DNA of 64,000 bases from an uncultured Bacteroidota bacterium (lineage in GTDB: Bacteria > Bacteroidota > Bacteroidia > Bacteroidales > JAAUTT01): contig CAWJWO010000003.1 in the NCBI GenBank assembly GCA_963846585.1, positions 140,505 through 204,504 on the forward strand, in the 5' to 3' direction. Below the pieces are notes generated by a model. The model did no database searches and was not told the DNA's origin. It saw only the letters and a program-made list of their open reading frames with translations. This document shows, one piece after another, positions 1-9,095 of this stretch (the first letter of the stretch is position 1; every line of letters begins with the position of its first letter). Made by a program: the position numbers and the translations under genes.

Positions 1-352
1 TTTTTTAAATTCATATTCAATCAGCACTCAAATACAAAACCTTATTAACCTTAACTCATATTTCTCTACCGTTGGTTCTGTAACATTGGCCAGCGGTTTA
101 ATATTTGAACTGCCTGTCTTTGCATTTTTTCTTGCTAAGATAGGAGTTATATCTGCCGCTTTTATGCGGAAATACAGAAGGCATTCCATTATTGCCAATA
201 TGATAGTTGCCGCCATTATTGCACCACCAGACGTTTTTAGCATGACATTGGTTGCATTGCCGCTAATTTTACTTTATGAAGTAAGTATTTGGATCGTAAG
301 GATCATTGAGAAAAAGAAAGCTAATGACAAATTACTGATTACTAATGACTGA
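1..352 (+). CDS. tatC: Twin-arginine translocase subunit TatC, C-terminal part (5' end outside window)
   Basis: Frame 2 is open from the window edge. The translation ...YFSTVGSVTLASGLIFELPVFAFFLAKIGV...APPDVFSMTLVALPLILLYEVSI looks like the conserved last TM helices of TatC. Stop codon at 350-352. Confidence 0.8.
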   Translation, partial: FLNSYSISTQIQNLINLNSYFSTVGSVTLASGLIFELPVFAFFLAKIGVISAAFMRKYRRHSIIANMIVAAIIAPPDVFSMTLVALPLILLYEVSIWIVRIIEKKKANDKLLITND

Positions 353-359
353 TGAAAAA

Positions 360-520
360 GACATGAGACATGAGACATGAGACATGGGAGGTGGGACCTG
401 GGACGTGCGTGGTACATGAAAATATGTGAATTAAAATAAATATTTTTGATCACTTCATTACTTCATCTCTTCATCACTTCATCACTTTTATCCTGGTTCC
501 TGGCTCTTGTCTCCTGGTTC
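360..520. repeat. Composite short-tandem-repeat block: (GACATGA)x~4 at 360-386, degenerate GGGACNT at 387-418, (CTTCATCA)-like x~4.5 at 451-487, (CTGGYTC)x4 at 491-520
   Basis: Read directly in the tatC-lptB spacer. Confidence 0.9.
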
Positions 521-551
521 TATTAAACTTAATATTATTAAATAATATAAC

Positions 552-1280
552 ATGATATTACGCACTGACAACCTGGTTAAAAGATACCGTTCACGATTGG
601 TAGTGAAAGGAGTTTCAATTGATGTTAACCAGGGAGAAATAGTAGGGCTGCTTGGCCCGAACGGAGCCGGTAAAACTACTTCATTTTATATGATTGTCGG
701 ATTAATTCCTCCCAATGAAGGTAAAATATATCTGAATGATGTTGATATAACCAGGGAACCTGTTTACAGGAGGGCTCAGTTAGGAATTGGTTATCTGGCA
801 CAGGAAGCAAGCGTTTTCAGGAAATTAAGTGTGGAAGATAACATCTTTGCAGTTCTTGAAATGACTAAAATGAATAAACATGAACGAATAGAAAGAACTG
901 AATCGTTGCTGACAGAATTTGGCCTCTTAAAGATCCGCAAGAGCTTTGGCTATCAGTTATCGGGCGGGGAAAGACGTAGGACCGAAATAGCCAGGGCACT
1001 GGCAATCGACCCTAAATTTATACTTTTGGATGAACCTTTTGCAGGAGTTGACCCTATAGCAGTAGAGGATATACAATCAATTGTTTCAAAATTAAAGGAA
1101 AAAAATATAGGTATATTAATAACTGACCACAACGTTCATGAAACCCTTTCGATAACTGACAGAGCCTATTTGTTATTCGAAGGTTCCATCCTTAAGGCCG
1201 GAACTTCTCACGATCTTGCAGAGGATGAGCAGGTCAGGAGAGTGTACCTTGGCAAAAGTTTTGAACTAAGAAACTATTAG
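552..1280 (+). CDS. lptB: LPS export ABC transporter ATP-binding protein LptB
   Basis: 242 aa. Walker [13 protein letters not shown] signature LSGGERRR, Walker [13 protein letters not shown]-loop TDHN. Size and overall pattern are typical of LptB. Confidence 0.88.
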   Translation: MILRTDNLVKRYRSRLVVKGVSIDVNQGEIVGLLGPNGAGKTTSFYMIVGLIPPNEGKIYLNDVDITREPVYRRAQLGIGYLAQEASVFRKLSVEDNIFAVLEMTKMNKHERIERTESLLTEFGLLKIRKSFGYQLSGGERRRTEIARALAIDPKFILLDEPFAGVDPIAVEDIQSIVSKLKEKNIGILITDHNVHETLSITDRAYLLFEGSILKAGTSHDLAEDEQVRRVYLGKSFELRNY

Positions 1281-1284
1281 TATA

Positions 1285-1497
1285 GTTGCTGGTTGTTAGT
1301 TGTTAGTGGATAAAAGTTTATTCGTTTAATTAGAATTCCATAAACATATAAACCTTATTAACCTTATTAACCTTATTAACCTTATTAACCTTATTAACCT
1401 TATTAACCTTATTAACCTTATTAACAATTTTCAAATTATTCCCATGCATTATTCTATTGTCTCCTATGCACCATGCACTAAGCACTATGCACTATTT
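1285..1497. repeat. Composite STR block: (GTTGTTA)-like at 1285-1309, (AACCTTATT)x8 at 1351-1425, (GCACTAW)x~4.5 at 1464-1495
   Basis: Read directly. The 9-mer array is 8 perfect copies. Confidence 0.95.
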
Positions 1498-2665
1498 CTG
1501 TTTTCCTTTGAGAAAGTAAATTACCTATTACCATTATAAAAATTGTTATAAATATAATCTGAGTAATAAGCCCTTCACTCATGAAAGGCAATTTCAGGCC
1601 TGCCGGAATACTTAAAAATAATAAAATGGTGATGAGTCCCCGTGGTGCAAAATAAAAAAGCGGAGCAAAAGGTTTATGCAATATAAATCTAAGGAATAAC
1701 CCTCTCAATAAAAATATTGAACAACTTATCGATACTGAAAAAATAAGGTTTTGAAGGTTAAGTAAAGCTACTATTGAAGTATAAAAGCCGAATATAAGAA
1801 AGAAAAAAGACCTGACTAAAAATGTTAGCTCTCCTGTAATTTGTTTAAATGCCCTTAAATTAATGTTGAAAGTTTTAAAATCAACATGATTTTTTATGTA
1901 ATCATTTTGAAAAAGAATGTTGTTGTTCATTATTAAACCAAATATCAGTACAACTATAAGTGAAGGCCAGTGAATAATGTTAGCTAAAACATAAATCAAT
2001 ACTACTAAAGTTATAATAATTACATATTTAACATGATGCCCTATTTTATGTAACATGTATGCAAGTCCAATACTTATTAATAATGCAAAAACAACTGATA
2101 CAATTACTTCAAAAATAAAGAGAACAAGTCCTTTCCCAATTGTTAACTCATTAAATAATAGAAAATTAAATAAAATAATACCAAATATATCGGAAACTGA
2201 ACTCTCATAAACTATAAACTCCCGGTCATTATTGTTAAGATTTGAAGCAGATGGAATTGCTACAGCTCCGCTAATAATACCGAAAGGTATAGCATTTATC
2301 AAAGCCATTTTAAAAGGGTAATGCATAAATGAATAAAGAAAAATAGCAAATAAATCTATAAAAAGCACTAATAATATTGCTGCAGAGGCAAATGATGTTT
2401 GTATTAAAGATCGTTTCTCCCTGCTTATAGTAAGATCCAAACTTCCTTCAAGAACTATTAAAATTAAACCCAAAGTACCCATTAACTGAAGCAGGATTGA
2501 AAAATCAGGTATTTTCAGGTTAAGATGAGCTGAAATATATCGTAACCCAATCCCCAGGGTCATTAATAATATAACTCCCGGAATTTTAGAAAATTTACTG
2601 GTTACCTCAAAAATATAAGCAAGCAATACTATAAAACAAAGAATAGCAAGTATATAGTAGTCCAC
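1478..2665 (-). CDS. Cation:proton antiporter (Na+/H+ exchanger family) membrane protein
   Basis: 395 aa, hydrophobic throughout with about 11-12 TM segments, resembling the CPA-type sodium/proton exchanger family. The last 5 codons and the TAG stop lie in an ATAGTGC repeat array. Confidence 0.7.
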   Translation of the reverse strand: MDYYILAILCFIVLLAYIFEVTSKFSKIPGVILLMTLGIGLRYISAHLNLKIPDFSILLQLMGTLGLILIVLEGSLDLTISREKRSLIQTSFASAAILLVLFIDLFAIFLYSFMHYPFKMALINAIPFGIISGAVAIPSASNLNNNDREFIVYESSVSDIFGIILFNFLLFNELTIGKGLVLFIFEVIVSVVFALLISIGLAYMLHKIGHHVKYVIIITLVVLIYVLANIIHWPSLIVVLIFGLIMNNNILFQNDYIKNHVDFKTFNINLRAFKQITGELTFLVRSFFFLIFGFYTSIVALLNLQNLIFSVSISCSIFLLRGLFLRFILHKPFAPLFYFAPRGLITILLFLSIPAGLKLPFMSEGLITQIIFITIFIMVIGNLLSQRKTEIVHSA

Positions 2666-2743
2666 ATTATTTTAAATTAGTTTAAATACACCCTATAAAG
2701 TTATTAATTGTTTTTTATTGCAGGTTATCCCTATATGAAAAAT

Positions 2744-2810
2744 GCAACCTGCAACCTGCAACCTGCAACCTGCAACCTGCAACCTGCAACCTGCAACCTG
2801 CAACCTGCAA
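2744..2810. repeat. (GCAACCT)x9.6 perfect heptamer array
   Basis: Read directly, in the divergent spacer between the antiporter and MBL genes. An inverted copy, TTGCAGGTT, lies at 2719-2727. Confidence 0.95.
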
Positions 2811-2902
2811 TAATTAAATTCATATTAAAATAACATTTATTATATCAAAAATCCGGATAAAAAGTTATAATTTTAACAATTAACCAATTAAACTTTAAAG
2901 CC

Positions 2903-3736
2903 ATGCTAAGAAAAATAATTATTGGTATTGTTTCATTATTGGTATTGATTATTGTGCTTGTTTTAATTTTTGTATATCCTATGTTATCAAAAATGTTAAA
3001 AACTGAAACACACAAATATGACAGTTCTTTAACTATTGTTCTGGGAGGCGGGGGTAACAGTGGTATCCTGGTTACTGACAGTGCTGTAGTAGTTATTGAC
3101 ACTAAGATGAGCAAACCTGCTGCAGAATTTTCAAAAATGGCCAAGAAAATTGCTGGAAACAAGAAGATAATTGTGATTAATACACACTACCATCCTGATC
3201 ATATAAACGGAAATAAATATTATGCAGGTTCAACAATTTATATAGGAAATTATAACACAGATTTTCTTCATAAGAATGTTAAGCCGGAACTGATGCCGAA
3301 CATGTTTGTTAAAGACAGTATTACACTTGCTTTGGGAAAAGATACTGTACTACTCTATAACCTTGGCCAGGCACATACTATGGACGATGTGGTTGTTTAT
3401 TTAAAAAGCAGGAAGCTTTTGTTTTCAGGCGATCTGGTTTTTAACAGAAGGAATCCAGCAATTATGAAATCAAGCGGTGCCAATATCGATAAATGGATAA
3501 ATGCACTTAACTTCATAATAAATAAAGATATAAAAACTATTGTGCCGGGACACGGAGATATAGGTGGAAAGGAACTTGCATCTTCACAGAAACAATATTT
3601 TGAAGATATGAAAATTGCCGCCTCCGATCCGGCCAAAGCTTCAGAATTAAAAGCAAAATATAAGGATTGGCAAAAAATGCCAATGATGGCTTCACCTGGT
3701 AAAACGATATCGTACATTAAGGAAAATAGTAAGTAA
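2903..3736 (+). CDS. MBL-fold metallo-hydrolase with N-terminal membrane anchor/signal
   Basis: 277 aa. HxHxDH zinc motif (THYHPDHING), later conserved His (GQAHT, PGHGD). Hydrophobic N-terminus. Confidence 0.8.
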   Translation: MLRKIIIGIVSLLVLIIVLVLIFVYPMLSKMLKTETHKYDSSLTIVLGGGGNSGILVTDSAVVVIDTKMSKPAAEFSKMAKKIAGNKKIIVINTHYHPDHINGNKYYAGSTIYIGNYNTDFLHKNVKPELMPNMFVKDSITLALGKDTVLLYNLGQAHTMDDVVVYLKSRKLLFSGDLVFNRRNPAIMKSSGANIDKWINALNFIINKDIKTIVPGHGDIGGKELASSQKQYFEDMKIAASDPAKASELKAKYKDWQKMPMMASPGKTISYIKENSK

Positions 3737-3742
3737 TAAATA

Positions 3743-3952
3743 GAGCCAGGAACCACGAACCAGGAACCAAGACTTGAGTTAGAAGTTTTTAGTTAATGAA
3801 AAGTTTATGCATTTATGCGTTTATCGGTTTATCGGTTTATCGGTTTATAAGGCTTATAATCTAAAATATATAACCAACAATCCGTCATCAGTAATCAGTA
3901 ATTGGTAATTTTCATATACACATCTGCACATTTTCACATCTGCACATTTTCA
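3743..3952. repeat. Composite STR block: (CCAGGAA/CCACGAA) at 3743-3773, (GGTTTATC)-like at 3803-3860, (CAGTAAT) at 3886-3910, (CATCTGCACATTTTCA)x2 at 3921-3952
   Basis: Read directly downstream of the MBL gene. Confidence 0.9.
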
Positions 3953-4247
3953 AATTTATTGATATCGTCCGTCAATTAAAAACTTCAATCTGTCAAATTT
4001 CTGAAGGTCAAAAATATAGCATAATATATTATATATTAGTTATTTAAAAATATTTGTTAGATATTTAAAAATAATCTTCGTAAAATAAAACTTATTATAT
4101 CAAATTTTAGTATACAATACTGAAACATCACCCGTAATCTCCAATTACCTCCCCGGGAATTAGCTAAATACAAATAGATTACAGAATTGCACATATAGCA
4201 AAATAATTGATTGATACTATAAACTTATTCTAACAAATAATATCTAA

Positions 4248-5564
4248 TTGGATAAGATGGAGAAAAAGACAAAACATAAAATTCAAAACAGTAAAAACAA
4301 AAAGCCATTTTTTATATCAATAAAGGCCTTTACGTTTATTGTTTGTTTTTATTTTTTGTCACTTCCGGTTTTTCCGTTCAATTCTGTATCAGTTCACTCA
4401 AACAGATCAGATAGCCTGATGGATAATACTGTTAATACTAATTTGATAAGCAGTGGCGATCCAAAAGATTTATTTGATTTATTCAGAAAACCTAAAAAAA
4501 TATACAAGGAAAATGTTTCAGACAGTTCAAAAAACAATGGGTTAGGTCCGTATTTTGCATTTTTACCAGCTGTTGGATATGCAATAGCTTCAGGATATAT
4601 AGGAGGGTTAGCCACCTGCGTTTCATTTTTTACAGATGAAGAAAAATCAAAGAACTCTTCAATCCTGGCCGGAGCATATTACACGCAGTTTAACCAATAT
4701 TGGACAATTATAAATTCAAATATCTTTCTTGAAAAGGAAAAGTATAATTTCATAGGTGACTGGCGTTTATACAAATTCCCAACAAACACTTTCGGTTTAG
4801 GCAGCAATACCTTTCCTGATGAAGCTGATTCAATTACTTATAATTATCTCAAAATATATGAGGTAGCACTTGAGGAAATTCTTCCGAATTTATATATAGG
4901 AATAGGTTATCATATAGACTATCACTTTAATATATCTGAAGTGAATCATTTTTTTAAAATAACTGACTTCCAAAAATACGGATTAACCAATAACTCATTG
5001 TCTTCGGGTATTTCAGCAAACTTATTATACGATTCACGTGCTAATAATATTAATCCATTAAAAGGAACATATGCCAATTTACAGTTTAGACAGAATAGTA
5101 CTTTATTGGGAAGTGATAAAAACTGGAATTCTTTACTAATAGATGCAAGAGAATATATAAATCTCCCCGCTTCTTCGAATAATGTACTGGCTTTCTGGAG
5201 CTATAACGATTTTACATTTGGCAACCCTCCATATCTTGATTTACCAAGCATAGGGTGGGATTCATACAATAACACCGGAAGAGGTTATGCACAGGGAAGA
5301 TTTCGCGGCAAAGAACTTGTTTATCTCGAATCGGAATACAGGTTTGCCTTAACACAGAACGGATTGTTAGGTGGTGTAATATTTGGAAACGAAGAGTCCT
5401 GTTCCGGGTGGCCATCAAATGTGCTTGGCAGCTTAAAGCCAGGCTATGGCATTGGTATCCGGATTAAACTAAATAAACATTCCAGTACAAATTTAGCCAT
5501 CGACTATGGGTTTGGAACCAAAGGTTCGAGAGGGTTTTATTTTAACCTGGGAGAAGTGTTTTAG
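4248..5564 (+). CDS. Omp85/BamA-like (bacterial surface antigen family) outer-membrane beta-barrel protein
   Basis: 438 aa. Alternating aromatic/glycine beta-strand pattern. C-terminus ...GYGIGIRIKL...LAIDYGFG...GFYFNLGEVF ends in Phe, as in Omp85-family barrels. Start is TTG at 4248 or ATG at 4257. Confidence 0.6.
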   Translation: MDKMEKKTKHKIQNSKNKKPFFISIKAFTFIVCFYFLSLPVFPFNSVSVHSNRSDSLMDNTVNTNLISSGDPKDLFDLFRKPKKIYKENVSDSSKNNGLGPYFAFLPAVGYAIASGYIGGLATCVSFFTDEEKSKNSSILAGAYYTQFNQYWTIINSNIFLEKEKYNFIGDWRLYKFPTNTFGLGSNTFPDEADSITYNYLKIYEVALEEILPNLYIGIGYHIDYHFNISEVNHFFKITDFQKYGLTNNSLSSGISANLLYDSRANNINPLKGTYANLQFRQNSTLLGSDKNWNSLLIDAREYINLPASSNNVLAFWSYNDFTFGNPPYLDLPSIGWDSYNNTGRGYAQGRFRGKELVYLESEYRFALTQNGLLGGVIFGNEESCSGWPSNVLGSLKPGYGIGIRIKLNKHSSTNLAIDYGFGTKGSRGFYFNLGEVF

Positions 5565-5570
5565 TAGAAT

Positions 5571-5666
5571 ATAGTGCATAGTGCTTAGTAATCAGAATCC
5601 TATACAACTTTTACAACTTTTACAACTATTAATTCAATTGCATTTTATTTAGTTGTTAGTTGCAGG
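5571..5666. repeat. Composite STR block: (ATAGTGC)-like at 5571-5595, (TACAACTTT)x3 at 5603-5630, (TTAGTTG)x2 at 5649-5666
   Basis: Read directly in the convergent spacer between the Omp85-like and OmpA-family genes. Confidence 0.9.
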
Positions 5667-5692
5667 ATAAAAGTTATTAAGATATTAAGTGA

Positions 5693-7873
5693 TTATTCTA
5701 CTGATAGAACCTTAAACTCAGTTCTTCTGTTTTTCTGGTGTTCCTCTTCAGTGCATTTCACTCCTTTTGCACATTGGTTCAGCAGCATTGTTTCGCCATA
5801 TCCTTTTCCAATAATCCTGTCCCTGGCAATACCTTTAGAATAAAGGTATTCAGCAGCAGATTTAGCCCGTCTGTCAGAAAGTATCATATTTGAGGCTGCA
5901 GTTCCGCGTGAATCAGTATGTGACCGTAACTCTATCTTCATTTTTGGATATTTATTCATGATATCCAATAACTTGTCAAGTTCTTTTGCGGCATCGGGAC
6001 GAATATTCCATTTAGCCAAATCGTAATAAATATTCTCCAACTTTATAACATCCCCAACACAAAATATAGGGAAAGATTCGTTAATATCTGCATCTTTAAA
6101 CATTCCGCGGGTTGTAAGTTCAATTGTATTTGAATTACATTTACTGTCTTTAATATTAACATTCACATTAATTATATAATCTTTTTCAGCTTGTAAATCA
6201 AAAGAAAAGGCACCATTTACATCGCTGGATATTACCTTTTTTGAAGTGTCGGACTTATTAATCAGGGAAGCAGTTGCATTTGAAATTGGCTTATTATTAT
6301 CTGCAGAATAAACCTTCCCGTTCAAGTGAATTTTTAGTGCCCGTTTATTCATAGGTATATATATAGTATCTCTTTCTTCCAATTTTTCCCGGGTTATTTC
6401 AATTTTAGTTTCCTCATATTTTTCTCTGTTTACGTCAAACCTGAATAGTTTCATTGGTTTTATCACTAGGTTTGCTATACCTTCTGTATTACTAACATTT
6501 CTTTCCTGTTCAGTTCCGTCAGCAGAAATAATAATATTGGCAGAAGAAAGCGGTTGCATACTATTTGCATCATATACCTTAATTATATAATTCCGGGAAA
6601 TCCGCTTAATACTAAAAATATCATCATCACCAATGGCATTATACCTGTCAGAGCTTATGTAACCGTCCCTGCCTCCATTTTGGGTAATAAATCCGAAATC
6701 ATCAAAGCTTGTATTTATTGGATAGCCAGGATTAACAGGTTTTTCAAACCTGCCGTCCTTTGCCCGTGCTACAAAAATATCGAGCCCGCCTAATCCCGGT
6801 AAGCCATTAGATGCAAACCAAAGGTTGCCTTCATTATCGATAAAAGGAAACATTTCATTACCCTTTGTATTAATATCAGAGCCCAGATTTTCAGGTTTTC
6901 CCCAGGTTTTTTTACCAATGGAATCAATTATCTGATGAGATACATAAATATCAGTACCACCGTTTCCTCCCGGCATATCGGATGCGAAATAAAGATCCCT
7001 GCCATTAGAGCTAAATGCCGGGTGACCCACAGAATACTGATCGTTGTTAAAAGGCATTGGGGTCACATTTACCCATTTATGCAGGTTATTATTCCAGGTG
7101 GCCTGAAATAATTTTAATTTATTTATTCCTTCATTACTTTTCCGAAAACGCCAATGGTAAAAATTGCTTCGTGTAAAGATTATTGTATCCTGATTTTTAC
7201 TGAAAGTAACAGGCCCTTCATGATAAATTGAATTAAGCTCTTTGGAGAAAGGGATCGCGTTTACAGAATCAGGATAAGCAAAATAAAGATCAAGAAAGGA
7301 TGTATACGTCCAGTTATAAAAAAGCCTTATCATTGAGAACTGATTCCTGGCACTAACAAATACGAGCCCTTTTCCGTAATAAGCAGGACTAAAATCAGAA
7401 ACATCAGAACAAAATGGCTCCTTTTGAATAATATAGGAAGTTGAATCCTTATAAAAAGATGATAAATTCCGGTAGGCCATAGTAAACTCTTTACCCCTGG
7501 GATCACTTGGTTCCAACTCATCGTATTTCTTATACCAGGTTATAGCTTTTTCATATTTACCATTACGCGACAATGCTTGTGAATAATACAAAACATACTC
7601 GTGTCTGACATTTGCAGTATCAACCAGAACAGCATAGCATCTCTCTGCATTCTTACTGTCGTTAATCCGTCTGTAGGAATCTGCCAGTTTCCCGTAAATT
7701 TCATAACTATGAGGATAAGTGTTTAAAAGCTGCTCATACATTGGAATAGCCGTATGATAGTCGAACCGGTTATAGTATCTGTCAGCCAGTTTCTTTTTCA
7801 TTACAAAATCCTGGGCTGAAATGTATGAACAAAGAAGAAAACATATAATTGTTAAAGGAATTTTCATAATCAT
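5693..7873 (-). CDS. OmpA-family protein with N-terminal TPR-like and TolB/WD40-like beta-propeller regions
   Basis: 726 aa with a signal peptide. C-terminal OmpA/MotB peptidoglycan-binding motif (IELRSHTDSRGT...NMILSDRRAKSAAEYL...NRRTEFKV). Starts 8 nt downstream of the PorP/SprF gene. Confidence 0.85.
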   Translation of the reverse strand: MIMKIPLTIICFLLCSYISAQDFVMKKKLADRYYNRFDYHTAIPMYEQLLNTYPHSYEIYGKLADSYRRINDSKNAERCYAVLVDTANVRHEYVLYYSQALSRNGKYEKAITWYKKYDELEPSDPRGKEFTMAYRNLSSFYKDSTSYIIQKEPFCSDVSDFSPAYYGKGLVFVSARNQFSMIRLFYNWTYTSFLDLYFAYPDSVNAIPFSKELNSIYHEGPVTFSKNQDTIIFTRSNFYHWRFRKSNEGINKLKLFQATWNNNLHKWVNVTPMPFNNDQYSVGHPAFSSNGRDLYFASDMPGGNGGTDIYVSHQIIDSIGKKTWGKPENLGSDINTKGNEMFPFIDNEGNLWFASNGLPGLGGLDIFVARAKDGRFEKPVNPGYPINTSFDDFGFITQNGGRDGYISSDRYNAIGDDDIFSIKRISRNYIIKVYDANSMQPLSSANIIISADGTEQERNVSNTEGIANLVIKPMKLFRFDVNREKYEETKIEITREKLEERDTIYIPMNKRALKIHLNGKVYSADNNKPISNATASLINKSDTSKKVISSDVNGAFSFDLQAEKDYIINVNVNIKDSKCNSNTIELTTRGMFKDADINESFPIFCVGDVIKLENIYYDLAKWNIRPDAAKELDKLLDIMNKYPKMKIELRSHTDSRGTAASNMILSDRRAKSAAEYLYSKGIARDRIIGKGYGETMLLNQCAKGVKCTEEEHQKNRRTEFKVLSVE

Positions 7874-7881
7874 CTTATTAA

Positions 7882-8814
7882 TCAGAAGAATCGTGGTGTT
7901 ATAATTCTGGCATGCGAAAAATCAAACAAATATTGCAGCATTATTTCGTGCGAACCACTGCTAAAAGTACTCAAAGCCGTAGTCGGATATTCATAAGCAT
8001 ATCCGAGGTATAGCTGGTCGGTAATTCTGACTTGCGCTAAAAAATCAATGGAGGCAAGACTCCTGTATGAAAAGCCCAATGCAATAAAATCGTAAAACCA
8101 AAAGACCCCGTTTAAATCCATTTCAATAGGTGACCCATTTACATATTTCAGTAATACAGAAGGTTTAAATTTTACATCGGGTGAAAGGTTTATAAGGTAA
8201 CCCGTATAAAAAAAGAAATGATTGGATAAATCAAGATTAATATTATCTGAATTACCATATAAAGCTTTTTGAATTGAATATCCTGCAATTTCAGGTATTG
8301 AAACTCCTGCAAAGAACTTATCGGAATAATAATATATACCAAATCCAAATATTGGAAGCGCCACATGATAATTGCTTTGGAAAGCAGGATCTGATGGACC
8401 TCCTCCATTGTTGTATAATACAGAAGTAAGATTGGAATTGGTGAAACCAACACCTAATTGAATACCAAGATTAAGAGAACTATTAGGAAATTTAAGTTTA
8501 TATGAATAATCGCCTGTTACATTTGTAAAACTGGTAACTCCGATCACATCAGATTCCACATTCAATCCAATTCCAACCCTCTGGTTCCTTAACGGTGCAT
8601 CAATTGACAACATTCCGGTTTTGGGAGCGCCGGGAATATTTAACCATTGATCCCTGAATAATAAAGCGGTATTAAGGAAATCACGCGTTCCTGCATATGC
8701 CGGGTTTATTATTAATCCGTCGAACACGTATTCCGAGTACATTGGGTCCTGCTGGGCAATTGAATTTAACGATATACCCAATAAAATAATAACAATATAA
8801 ATTGTTTTAGTCAT
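7882..8814 (-). CDS. PorP/SprF-family type IX secretion system membrane protein
   Basis: 310 aa. Signal peptide followed by the hallmark QQDPMYSEYVF...INPAYAG N-terminus of PorP/SprF. Starts 5 nt after the stop of the giant adhesin gene. Confidence 0.85.
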   Translation of the reverse strand: MTKTIYIVIILLGISLNSIAQQDPMYSEYVFDGLIINPAYAGTRDFLNTALLFRDQWLNIPGAPKTGMLSIDAPLRNQRVGIGLNVESDVIGVTSFTNVTGDYSYKLKFPNSSLNLGIQLGVGFTNSNLTSVLYNNGGGPSDPAFQSNYHVALPIFGFGIYYYSDKFFAGVSIPEIAGYSIQKALYGNSDNINLDLSNHFFFYTGYLINLSPDVKFKPSVLLKYVNGSPIEMDLNGVFWFYDFIALGFSYRSLASIDFLAQVRITDQLYLGYAYEYPTTALSTFSSGSHEIMLQYLFDFSHARIITPRFF

Positions 8815-8819
8815 GGTAA

Positions 8820-9095
8820 TTACCGGTTTATTGTGATGTATCCTATTTTTTCCTTTTCACCGTTATTGAAATTTATTATGTAGAAATAAGTTCCGTTTGG
8901 TAAATTATTGTTAATCAGTATTCCGGCATTTGCAACTCCATTCCAGTCGTTTTGATAATTTTTACTTTCATATACCTTATCACCCCATCTGTTGAATACC
9001 TGAAGTGTAATTTGGAACTGTTCAGCTCCTTTTATAACGAAATAATCGTTTATACCATCACCGTTGGGCGAGAAACCTTCAGGAATGAAAACCTT
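8820..9095 (-). other. T9SS type-B C-terminal sorting domain (coding sub-region of the giant adhesin)
   Basis: The last ~91 aa, KVFIPEGFSPNGDGINDYFVIKG...NRWGDKVYES...WNG...LPNGTYFYII...GYITINR, match the gliding-motility-associated C-terminal domain pattern. Confidence 0.8.

Noticed and set aside
1351-1425. Tandem arrays considered as possible CRISPR arrays
   Set aside because: Units are 7-9 bp and contiguous, with no unique spacers. There are no cas genes in the window. These are simple tandem repeats.
2845-3756. Minus-strand ORFs 2845-3162 and 3397-3756 overlapping the MBL hydrolase gene
   Set aside because: They are antisense to a gene with an intact HxHxDH motif and have low-complexity hydrophobic products.
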